A stretch of 56,475 bases of DNA, counting the filler, from Sphacelaria rigidula (Eukaryota), in the NCBI GenBank assembly GCA_964200075.2. It is 7 parts of 7 records of this genome, joined end to end, with 100 filler letters (N's around TTAATTAATTAA, not from the genome) between each part and the next. Parts side by side here need not be neighbours in the genome. Positions count along the whole stretch, not along the records: positions 1 to 7,984 come from CAXNAA020012744.1; positions 8,085 to 16,067 come from CAXNAA020012745.1; 5 more parts are not named here. One strand, written 5' to 3'. Shown one piece after another: positions 1-10,207 of this stretch (its first letter is position 1; every line of letters begins with the position of its first letter). The notes beneath the pieces were generated by a model. That model did no database searches, was not told the DNA's origin, and was given only the letters and a program-made list of their open reading frames with translations. The translations under genes and the position numbers were made by a program.

Positions 1-59
1 CAGAAAAACTCAGAAAAAAGGACGACTACGAATTCTGAAAACTTCTGACGCTGACTACT

Positions 60-720
60 ATACAGTGCAGTACACTCCATCACCAGAGCACACGATAATG
101 CCGTATTGCGAGAAATGTGAACAGAGTGCAAGAAGACTTCAAAATTGCAGTACCATATATATCACCCTGCGAGTACAACGGCAACAGAGGGTAGGCTAGT
201 AAAGTACCGTTCGTTACGGCGATACACGCGGCAGTGCAGTGCAGTACATCACCATCGTCGTAGGGTACAGCGTTAACCAATCTTATCCCTTGTCAAACTC
301 CGTGCGGAGCTGTTCCAGCAGCTGACGCGGGCAGGCGCCGCCCGTGCTGTGGCGAGACTGTCTGCTGCTGCAGCTTCAAAAATATCAAACACCTTTTGCC
401 TCTTAACCGTACGTCACTGTACGTACGTCACTTTCCTACAAATTGAGGAGATCTCAACTTTCCCCCGATCTGCAGCGCAGATTGGGGAGAATCGTGAGAG
501 AATCGGGGAACCCCGTTATGAGGTTCCCCGGTCCGAGTCATATTGGAGTCCATAAATGGCGTTTCCCGATTTGAGTACACCCAATCTGCGTACAGATCGA
601 GATTGGTGACTGCCATAGCAGCTGGTCATGGAAACCTTATTACGACTACTGATAATAACAAATCTACCAGAAAAAAAAAGAGGAAAGGGAAGGGAAGGAA
701 AACTTTCCGTACCCTGGACA
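60..720. repeat. Dispersed ~650-bp repeat, probable non-autonomous DNA transposon; inverted homolog at ~43442-44060
   Basis: 285-460 (ccttgtcaaactccgtgcggagctg...cgtacgtcact) aligns by eye with the reverse complement of ~43630-43800. Homology continues on both sides. Ends in accctggaca at 711-720. Confidence 0.7.
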
Positions 721-3080
721 ACAGAATACACAGTCAACAAGTGTCCTACGTACAGTATCGACTATTGCGCCTATTGCAACAGACGATAGATTCCATACTC
801 TACGCAGTATATTTTTACAACAGAATCCATTGTCCAGGGTGTGAAACTTTCCCCCTCCCTGGGGTCGAGGTCCGTCGTGGATACATGTAAAATAGTGACG
901 ATTTTACTCGTTCCAGCCGCCGGTTCGTAGGTCGTTACCTATTTCCGCTGTCCCACATGTTGGGTCGGTTACGGGGTGCAGATCAAATCTTCCCAACGGA
1001 GGAGCTGACGCTGTTACGTTAGGTTCACTGAAAAGAGAAGCATGTGGGAATGCTATGCTCATAGGAATTCTGAACAAGATGCACGGTGTCATGATATTGA
1101 CAATGCCAAGGACAAAAATCATCCATATTTCGGGATTTGGGGGAGATTTGGTTATAGATTTTCCAGGGGGCAGGGGACTACCTGACATTGGGTTCCAGTG
1201 ACGGTGAGGACTCCTAACTTTTCCTTTTTCGACGTTTATTTCGCCCGGAATAGGGGCGAGGAAAGGTCATTTTCGGGCCGACTGATTCGTTTTCGACCAT
1301 TCGCCCACGTAGGGTAATGCGCGAAAAAAAGAAGTCGAAGATTAAAAAAACTATCGCCTAAGGCATCCTACACGATCAAGGGCCCGTGCAGACACAACCG
1401 ACTTTACTTGTGGGACGAAGAAAGCACAGGCTTACCATGTACTCTTTTGTGAATTTGATGACGGTGTTGACGAGTATGAGTCATCTGCTGAACAAAATTC
1501 CGAGATATTTGTCCGATTTTGCTGGAGTTAGAACCCCGAGTTCAAACTTTTTCAGCCAGCCCGGCTCTTACTACTGTATACTACACAACCCTCGCTCGGG
1601 TATCACGAGCAGCCTGGTGCGTTGGCGAACATACTACTACAGCGTGCACCCATGAGAAAGGGAAGTAGATGAAGGCTGACATGGCCGACACGGATGACAT
1701 GACGATTTCACTGAAGCAAAACTAGCTTGAAGTCATTTCTATTTGCTTCCAAAATACACACCAGTAGCAACAGGGACAGCAGCAGTAACAGCAGCAGGCG
1801 TGGACGCCGAACTTCTGCAAGAGGATGGTGAGGAATGTCAAGGGATAGTGCAAGGGGAGGTGAATAAAGCTGAGGAGGGTGTCGATCAGATACCAGGGCA
1901 CGTTTTTGGTCCAAGTGATGGAGGAGGCCGCCGTTGGATCAGGATCTCTCTGTATGCCGAGTGTATCCGACTGGAGAAAGGCCAATGAAACAGCACCATC
2001 TTGCTAGAGTCGACGAGGCGTGAAGCTGTTTCGCTGACCTCACTCCAGATGCCTCCTACTACCCCTGACATGAAAGCATGGTTTTCAAGCTCGGACAAGA
2101 AGCATGCCGGCATCCCATGGGCACCGCCGGGGCCGCGCCGAGGCGCCGCGTCCTTCGCGGTGGAAGGAACAAGCCAGTCTCCTCGGCAGCAGCAATTGCC
2201 ACCTGAAACATCTCTCCGTATTCTTCATTGCCCTCTTGCAGAAGATCGGTGTTGGTCTGCAGCTGCCGGTGTGCACTTTGCGGCAAAGTAGCAACAATGA
2301 CCACAAGCCTGTACGGCACAAAACAGTTGACCGCCTGGGCGTGTCACCTCGGCCCCGTTGTCAGTTTTCAAGAGAAGATGATGCCTCAGTGCATGCATCA
2401 GATATCCCACCGTGGATCGAAAATTCCGCATTTTACGGTAACCGAAACAAGCACCAACTATGGCAACATTATCTTTGCGCTTACTGTAGGTCGTTTTTGA
2501 GAAGGCAGAGAAAATAGTGCAAGATCGAAGGCTCCGCTGAACCCTCCAGGGAGAACAGTGCTCTAGCTTGGGCACAGCCTGAAGAACTTTTTCTCGAAAT
2601 ATGTTTTGCAGGGAAGAAACTACGCTTGGGGAGGGGGGGGGGGGGGGGTCTTCCGGGCGCACACCACCCGGGGGGGCACACGCAGGGGAAGAGGGCACAT
2701 GGGGCCNNNNNNNNNNTTTGGTTGTTCTGGAGTTTGTGGTTTGGGGGGGAGCCGGCCGGGGGGGGGGGGGGGGGGGGGGGGGGGTCATTCCGGTGCAGAC
2801 TACACCGGGGGGCCATCAGACCTGAAGATGGCACATAGGTGCCCTTGAAACGATGTTTGAGGCTGGCATAAATTCATTTTCACTGCCGCTACTTATATGT
2901 GTAGTATGTGGTCTCGAGGGATTAACCCATCTCTCCCGCAGTACATTTGTACACGCCTTACGTTTTGGTATCGCTGGTTTCGGATCAGCACTTGCCCAGC
3001 GCGTCGCCTCTCGGTAAATAACCATCTTCGCCACTTACGTCCCAATGTTTTCAACACTGGGGAAATGAAACACTTCACTC

Positions 3081-3165
3081 GGAAAAAAAAAAACATCTGA
3101 CAGGATTCGAACCCGCAACCCCCAAAAGCCGTTGAGGCGGGTTCTTGAGGGTCTCACTAACGGGG
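3081..3165 (-). pseudogene. Degenerate tRNA-like / SINE-head sequence
   Basis: Minus strand has a B-box GGTTCGAATCC followed closely by a T11 run. No convincing A-box or cloverleaf. Confidence 0.3.
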
Positions 3166-3286
3166 CAATTGTTTGGATTGAAATGATTTCTCCCTGGGGA
3201 AAATAAAAAGACTTCTCTTGAAACACGAAATGCTGATTGTGAAAAACCAACCCTAGTTTTTGACGAAATATATAGTCAGTCTTAGA

Positions 3287-3762
3287 CTGGATGTTATGGC
3301 ACAGATTTTTGGCCCACGGATTGTTCACTTTTACGGCGTTTGAGCCACTTTTTGACCCCCGAACAGGGAAAATCGACAAAACACGTCTTGGACAATTTAC
3401 ATTACCCCAGAGAGAGGAGCCTGGCCCACTTTTCAAATTCGCTTGGCTCCAAGGTTTCGAGATTGGCCGCTGAACGAAAATCCGTGTGCAACAAAATCTA
3501 CGGCGATATCCATAGATTATTTGCCAAACTGGCGGGGGTCGGCAAGCACAGATTTTTGCACACGGATTTTTGTTCAGCGGCCAATCTCGAAATCTCGGAG
3601 CCAAGCGAATCTGAAAAGTGGGCTAGGCTCCTCTCTGTGGGGCGATGCAAAATGTCCAAGACATGTGTTGGTAGTTCTCCCCGTTTGGGGGGTCAAAAGG
3701 GGACTCAAACGTTCCAAAGGTGAACAATCCGTGGGCTAAAAATCTATTTGCCAGAACATCCG
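3287..3762. mobile_element. Fold-back (MITE-like) inverted repeat with ~210-bp arms
   Basis: 3287-3500 is the imperfect reverse complement of 3548-3762 (e.g. gagattggccgctgaac / gttcagcggccaatctc), with a ~48-nt loop. Confidence 0.75.
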
Positions 3763-4715
3763 AGCTTACAATGATAATTACTGCCCTGGTTGGAAGTCTG
3801 CTCTCACGTTGTTGGGAAAACAAATTTTTCCCCTGAAAAATACGGAGATTTCGGGCGAAAAATAGGCTGGTTTATAATACCTCTTGTAAGAGATGATTAT
3901 TCTCTTTTCTCAATTTCACTTTCGGAAAAAGACTGTCTCCATGACCTGTTCTAGTATTTTCGACATCATTTTTCATCCACACCAAACCCCAAATCTGCAC
4001 AGATTCAAAATTCGGCGTTTCTCAAAGTGATCTGATCCAACATGTTTGTACTACTACAGAGAAGCCGCAACAAGACAACACAACAGCTGCATACCGAGCC
4101 CCGAAAACACACACAGAGACACGCACCACTCACGCGCATAGCTCCAGCGCTAGCCCTTGCTCATCTACACACGGCAGTCTTTGACGGAAATTCGTTCTGT
4201 ATCGAAGGAACGGCGACCGCGAGCGTGACGAATTAGAACCGGAGACGTTTAGGTGCTGACCCTTTGCGCGGGTGTGCTGCGCGTGCGTTTCACACAAATC
4301 GTCGTTTCTCATTGAAATCTGAGCAGATTTGTGCCATGTCCCGCACAACATACCAAGCCGATGAGCAGCTACGGCTCCAGCTGGGTGTTTTTCGGTTTGC
4401 GAGGGGATATGAGTTTCTCAGGTTCATCTCTAATTTTGTTGGGTTGTGTATCAACCCTTCGCATGTGCTCCGGTCAACGGGACACCTATGTTCCTCCTCG
4501 GGCTGAAAATAGTTTTGTTTTGTTTTGTTTTTTTCTTGGGGGGGGGGGGCGCTATCGCAGCGACCAATCACCGGACGACTTCTTGAAAAGGATTTGGAGG
4601 AAAACGATTGATCGCCTCCGACAAGAAACCGCCTACTCGTAACTGCTTTCAGTTGTGCCAGTCAGACCACCGAGGCGGGACGTCGAAGAAAAAAACAGTG
4701 GCTCGTGAAAAAAAA

Positions 4716-4787
4716 CTCCCTCACCGGGAATTGAACCCGGGTCTCCTGAGTGAGAGTCAGATATCCTAACCATTGGACTATGAGGGA
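4716..4787 (-). tRNA. trnE: tRNA-Glu, anticodon CTC (copy 1)
   Basis: Reverse complement reads TCCCTCATAGTCCAATGGTTAGGATATCTGACTCTCACTCAGGAGACCCGGGTTCAATTCCCGGTGAGGGAG: 7-bp acceptor stem, CTC anticodon, GGTTCAATTCC T-loop, followed by a T8 Pol III terminator. Confidence 0.95.
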
Positions 4788-4966
4788 CTCAGCACATCAC
4801 TAACTGCTCTGACTAGCGTACATGACTGACGGGGGCAAGACCCCCAATACACGGTGCGTTGTCATCCTTCCGACAAGAAACCGCCTACTCGTAACTGCTT
4901 TCAATTGTACCAGTCAGACCACCGAGGCGCGACGTCGAAGAAAAAAACAGTGGCTCGCGAAAAAAA

Positions 4967-5038
4967 CTCCCTCACCGGGAATTGAACCCGGGTCTCCTGA
5001 GTGAGAGTCAGATATCCTAACCATTGGACTATGAGGGA
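4967..5038 (-). tRNA. trnE: tRNA-Glu, anticodon CTC (copy 2, identical to copy 1)
   Basis: Same 72-nt sequence 251 bp away, followed by a T7 terminator on the minus strand. Confidence 0.95.
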
Positions 5039-5928
5039 CTCTAGATACCTACGGGTCGATGACCACCGTAAATCACTGACGGGGGCAACACCCCCAATAC
5101 ACGGTGCGATGTCATTGAGGGTGATGACGTGCGATCACAGGGGGTGGGGGTGGGGACTGCTTAGTTTTAACATTGAGGTTGCCGGCGTTGAAGATCGGTC
5201 GGTGATGTTGTTCCGAAAATAGGTCTAGCGCCCAAGATCTGGATCGGGAGCCCAACGGAGGCAAATGCTCCGCTGCTGACACTACAGGTACTCATCACTG
5301 AACACGGTGGGGAACACCGGTCATCCGTTACAAACTTTTTTCGGCTCTGTCTCCGAACCCCTCCCGAACGTGGGTTCGAGTTCATGGTCTCAAGGGAACA
5401 GCCAACCCCACCTCTTCCGCGGCACACGCCTTCCTCACACTCATGTATTCAAGGCTGGATCAGCTCTTTCATCCGCACCGCGTCGACTGTCGTCTGTCGA
5501 ACAAACTCAGTCAAACAGATTATTTTCGCTCATTGGGTTCGTTGTTAACCCCTTTCGGACCGGGCCCCCAGAACGACCAATGAGGCTGGTTAGGAATGAC
5601 GTGTCTGGCGTCTGCGCGAAGCAGTGGCTTCATGTTGCTGACAATCCGCGTATGTAACCCCAACCGCCGGGTAATGAGGAAGATCGGCAGTTTCATCCAA
5701 TCTATTTTCAGGTGCAGGGTGCGCATTAGGCAATGTACATCTGATGTAGCAAGCAGTATGGTTCGCCGTAGAGAGCTTTCAACAGGACGCGGCGACCGGC
5801 CGCCCCCCGCCACTTGTGGCTTTGGATCATATTTCTGTCCCGATCATCTTGCCACACAACCCTTTGTGGTAGAGGTGGGCCGCGATTTCACTCGTTGTCG
5901 CAAGCGACAAATTCTCCACGGGAACCGT

Positions 5929-6173
5929 AGGTAAGGCACCGTACCGAGCGTACCCCCGGTATTCACCGGGGTATCTCGTACCGTGGAATTCGTGGGCATC
6001 GTAGGTATCAGTTTTCGAAACACCCGATTGAGCGGGTACGATAGGTATTGAAATCTCGGAGTACCGTGATATCGTAGGTATCGTTAGTGTGACATTTGAA
6101 AATACCCAATTGGACCGGTATCGGTCGGGTAAGAGATGTCCCAAATACCAGTACCGGGTACCTGCCTCACCCT
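5929..6173. mobile_element. MITE-like element with GGTA/TACC subterminal motifs; partial relative at ~7160-7280
   Basis: Imperfect terminal inverted repeats (TIRs) ggtaaggcaccgtacc / ggtacctgcctcaccc. The block atcgtaggtat..gtttt.gaaa.acccgattgagcg.gtac is shared with 7237-7278. Confidence 0.55.
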
Positions 6174-6219
6174 CTGTACCGGCTTCAAAACTGTCATCCG
6201 TAGGTGCGCAGAAGCGTTT

Positions 6220-6525
6220 CAGGGCGTGGCTTAGCACCTTTTTTTTCGATCAAAAAAATGGTGCGGTGGAATTGATTTGGGCGGGAATCGCTCATTTTTG
6301 TCGAGTTGGATCCAAGCGAATTTCAAGCTTTCGATCGAAAGAAGACAGTGAGGTTCGTGAAACGGTACATGGTCACTTGTGTACACTACAGACAGTCTGT
6401 ACTGTCTACACTGCTTGCAAGCAGTGTGTCTTGAGTGCGTGTGTGCGTGTTTCGTACAGTAGAATATAAAAAGAAAACCGGACAACGTGCAGTGCAGACA
6501 GCCCAAGACCATCAGTTCTCTCTGC
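6220..6525 (+). mobile_element. Dispersed repeat with a CAGGG start (DNA-transposon-like end); second copy at 44766-45078
   Basis: About 300 bp of colinear similarity between two contigs, including the shared palindrome acactgcttgcaagcagtgt. Confidence 0.75.
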
Positions 6526-7917
6526 ATACAATACAACGTGAGAAGGACTTGAACAACGTGCAGCTTCGTACTGCCTGCACTGTCCACGAGGGTGTACGCA
6601 ACTCGGTTGCCCACCGCACCACGCAGTTCCGTCTCTGATCCTCCGAGGAAAGAAGATGCGCAAGCTTCCGCCAACAAAAAATAAACAAAGCTGCAGTGTA
6701 CCCATCCCTGTCCTCAACTCGTACTCGATGCTGCAGGGTTACGGTGGTAGCTGAGAATAAGTTGGATGGAGTTTGCATGGTTCCGTGAACGGGTGTTATC
6801 TGGCATGGTAGTCTGTAAGATAGGAGTCAAGTGCCGCTTCGTGTCTTTTGACCGCATGTTTTCGATCGAAACAGCTTACCTTAATTGTTTTGTAGTTTTT
6901 TTCCGCGCCCCACCAATAATACGTTTGAGTTCAAGCCTTCCAAGAACAGGAATGTGGTGGGCCTATCAGATCGAGAAAAAAAAAACGACCGCACTTCAGA
7001 CTACAAAATGATGACTTCATTCGATTTGATTCAAACACGAAAATGATGGGGAATCTGGGTATATATATATATATATATATTACTTGTGAAAACAAGACGT
7101 ACCTGCTCCGACAACTTCTGGCCTTTGCGTATGTCGGGACCAGCTGCTGCACCGTGGGAAGTGCACCGCGTCCGGTATTCACCGGGTAAACCCTCCGAAT
7201 TCACCGGAGTAGCCCATACCGTGGTATGCATGGTTATCGTAGGTATGAGTTTTGAAAATACCCGATTGAGCGTGTACAGTTAGGGATGCGAATCGGGGGG
7301 GGAAGGTGTTAGCCTCCGAATTTGATAGGCTGCTCGACGAAATTTTATCGACCATAGACAACTCATCCTCGTTTCCTTTCTTCCATGTGGATATGCTCAA
7401 TTAAACACTACAGTACATCACTAGAACGAGCAAATCGTGCGTTCAAGCGACGCCCTCCCTGTTCAGGCGTCACATCCGCGTCCACACCCCTGACACGCAC
7501 TGCAAGATGAGCTGCTTTTTCCTCAACTCTTCCAGCGTCCCTCAAACTCTGCAATATATATATATACACTTTTTGCCGTCTGGTGTGCCGAGCGTGGGAC
7601 GTTCCCGGAAAGCGAGGTCATCACAACATGCATTGTGATTTGAAGCACACAGTGCAAAAAACAGCGCCCGAATCGCACTCGTGGTAGACGAGATCGCCTC
7701 TAATTTAGCCGGCCTATCGATGGACTCTACCCAACAAACCACCGTCCCCGACAAGAACAAATGAAGAAAAAACACGCAGACGGGACGGTGGAGGCGAGAA
7801 GGGAGGAGAGGTCTGAGCCGGCGTAACTTTTTTCCGTGCGTAAAAGTATGCCCATGTGTAATGCACTCCGACGAGTTGATAACAGAGAAGCAGTGCTGCT
7901 TGAATACCTTGCCGGTC

Positions 7918-7984
7918 GCCCCGGTGGCTCAGTTGGTAACTTCGAAACCTTCTGACGGTTGGGTCGTGGGTTCGAATCTTGGTG
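7918..7984 (+). mobile_element. tRNA-derived SINE head or tRNA pseudogene, cut by the contig end
   Basis: A-box TGGCTCAGTTGG and B-box GGTTCGAATC at tRNA-like spacing. The anticodon arm is not canonical. Confidence 0.55.
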
Positions 7985-8084
7985 NNNNNNNNNNNNNNNN
8001 NNNNNNNNNNNNNNNNNNNNNNNNNNNNTTAATTAATTAANNNNNNNNNNNNNNNNNNNNNNNNNNNNNNNNNNNNNNNNNNNN
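7985..8084. other. Artificial contig linker N44-TTAATTAATTAA-N44 (also at 16068-16167, 24150-24249, 32232-32331, 40314-40413, 48395-48494)
   Basis: Six identical 100-bp linkers carrying a six-frame stop oligomer separate segments of non-increasing length. Confidence 0.97.
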
Positions 8085-8156
8085 AAAAACATCGATCCTT
8101 CGGTGTTTTGAACTACGGCGCGGTCCTCTAAGCACGCGGTCCTCTCACGCATTACA
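8085..8156. mobile_element. Telomere-repeat MITE family 1, copy A (one end only, cut by contig start)
   Basis: Ends gcggtcctctaagcacgcggtcctctcacgcattaca, the family TIR. Confidence 0.85.
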
Positions 8157-8782
8157 GGGGGGGCTCTTCCAAAAAAAGGGCTCACAGTTGTGCCAGACGA
8201 CGTGACAAAAACGCGTTGCGCTTGTATTTAGGTCAAAACATTGCCAGTCATTATGATGCGCAATATTTTCCGGTAACAATCGCGTTTGAACAAACAGTTG
8301 CTGTTTTAAACGACGATTTGAAGTAGAATCTGTGGAAGGAATGACCCGAAATACCCCCCACCCCTCCCGTCCACCCTATTGCGGTATGACTCTGCACTTG
8401 ATTTTCTGAATGTACTGATGTTGGCGCTGCTGACGATGTTCCATACGCGCAGCAAGAAGAGCTCTTTTCTTCAATGGCCCAATCCAGCGATGTTGCGCTG
8501 CCATCACTCTCCACTGAACATAGTCTACTGCACCCTGTTACTACTGCCTTGCCTAAAGTTGCGCAACAACACTATAATGTGCAGCCATCTTGACAGCGCA
8601 GAAGGGGGAAAGCAGGGCACAGACGACATCCATTGCAAAAAGCACCTCCCTTACATGTGTTTTCTACGGTGGAATGATTGTTGCTAAGATGGTAAAAAAC
8701 GCCCACGCTGCGAGGTTATTGCTTTCTAGTTGTTCTGCATTGAGACATAATGTCCAAATTGGCCAATGCAATCAATATTGCC

Positions 8783-8801
8783 TGTAATGCGTGAGAGGAC
8801 C
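8783..8801. mobile_element. Solo outer TIR of MITE family 1 followed by a different interior
   Basis: tgtaatgcgtgagaggacc matches the first 19 nt of the family TIR exactly. Confidence 0.6.
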
Positions 8802-9011
8802 AATGGCCACTCTCGTCCCTTGGGACTTGGTGCCTGACTTGAAATTTTTCCTCCCCGGAAACTTTCAGACGAACAATCTTGAGTTGGCAAGTTTTTCTCT
8901 TAGTCTGTAATTAGGCACCCTCCCCACAAAAACTGCCCTCTGGCCCGCTGGGAACTCTCGAGTTTATCGAGACTGTGAGCCCCCGAAACTGGTCCAAGGC
9001 AAGGTTCGCAG

Positions 9012-9213
9012 TGTACTGAGTGAGAGGATCGCGTGCTTAGAGGACCGCGCCGTAGTTCAAAACACCGCATCGACGGGTTTTTTTCCCAATCGGGCCAGTC
9101 CCCGCAGGTACCACGCCTCTGACCACAACCCTAGCACTAACCCTAACCCTAACAAGAGGGATGTTTAAATTCCGATTCGATCCTCTAAGCACGCAGTCCT
9201 CTCACACACTACA
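9012..9213. mobile_element. Telomere-repeat MITE family 1, copy B
   Basis: TGT...ACA ends, ~37-bp TIRs, internal cactaaccctaaccctaac, flanks cgcag / cgtag (5-bp TSD with 1 mismatch). Confidence 0.9.
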
Positions 9214-9591
9214 CGTAGTCTAGCTTTTGATTCATGTGCATCGACAATTATTGACGTGGTGGTCGCGATGAACTCCCAGCGTTGCATTTTCATCACTGGC
9301 TTGCATCAAAAATGTAGTCCGAACAACTATGCGTACATACACCATGAGAGGTAGAGGTAAACATATCACAAACGCCTACAAACTGGGTAAGTCCTCCAGA
9401 TTTTCTGGAAAACCGTATAAAATCAACGATACTTGAGAGTTACGGTCAACCTGGCAATATTGTGTTTGTAGTTCCAGACGGCAAGTGGGTGACGGTGAAA
9501 GTTGGCCCCGGGACGAAGTGTCCGTTAATGAGATTTTCACGAACCACGCTAGGGTCAGCGCAACCAAACGGTCAACAGGTCCTTCATACAG

Positions 9592-9809
9592 TGAAATGCG
9601 TGAGAGGACCGCGTGCTTAGAGGACCGCATTGGATTTCGAATATCCCAATGGTTAGGGTTCGTGTTGGGGCCAGGGTTAGTGTTGGGAGTAGGGTCAGGG
9701 GCGTGGTCCCTGCAGGGACTGACCCGATTGGTCTTGAAAAAAGGTCGATCCCGAGGTGTTTCGAACTACGATGCGGTCCCGTAAGCACGCGATCCTCTCA
9801 CGCATTAAA
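9592..9809. mobile_element. Telomere-repeat MITE family 1, copy C (opposite orientation to B)
   Basis: TIRs present, degenerate GGTTAG tract, flanks acag / acag. Confidence 0.9.
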
Positions 9810-10034
9810 ACAGCATCACTCGTACGAACGAAAGTGCTGACTAATAGAGGAATGGATACAGCACGCTGCTCCAAAACGTGACTGCTTCGGTACCAAGCCA
9901 TGCTGGCACGGATGTATGTAGTGGCCGTATGCCTGCATTTCAATTTTGTTCACCGAGAAGAGGGGAGCACCTGTGCTCTACTTGACACATGTTTGTGCTT
10001 GGGCTTCATCGCGCTTTGCCCTCGACGATTGCAG

Positions 10035-10207
10035 GGCTTTACCGTCGATGGACATGTCGGCGAGGAAGAGGTTCGCGACTCATTCATAGACAAGTGCGTG
10101 TACGTCGAGGGCTCTGGTGCGCCGACGAACCAGCAGTACCAAGGACGCGGAGTGACCAGCTCTCTGATTGGCTTCGTCATGGACGGCCTGTCCATCAAAA
10201 ACTGCGG
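10035..10207 (+). CDS. Beta-helix gene exon (GFTVDG...IKNCG)
   Basis: ttgcag acceptor, gtgagc donor, phase 0 to 2. Confidence 0.85.

Larger units (their letters stand above)
4617..5115. repeat. Tandem duplication, ~251-bp unit, each unit containing tRNA-Glu
   Basis: The unit ccgacaagaaaccgcctactcgtaactgc...tRNA...actgacgggggcaa.acccccaatacacggtgcg occurs twice. Confidence 0.9.

Noticed and set aside
1640-2520. Cluster of overlapping short ORFs
   Set aside because: No recognisable domain or consistent splice structure in any frame.
4617-5115. CRISPR-like repeat-spacer array
   Set aside because: Only two units, the repeat is over 200 bp and includes a tRNA, the variable parts are partly homologous, and the context is eukaryotic with no cas genes.
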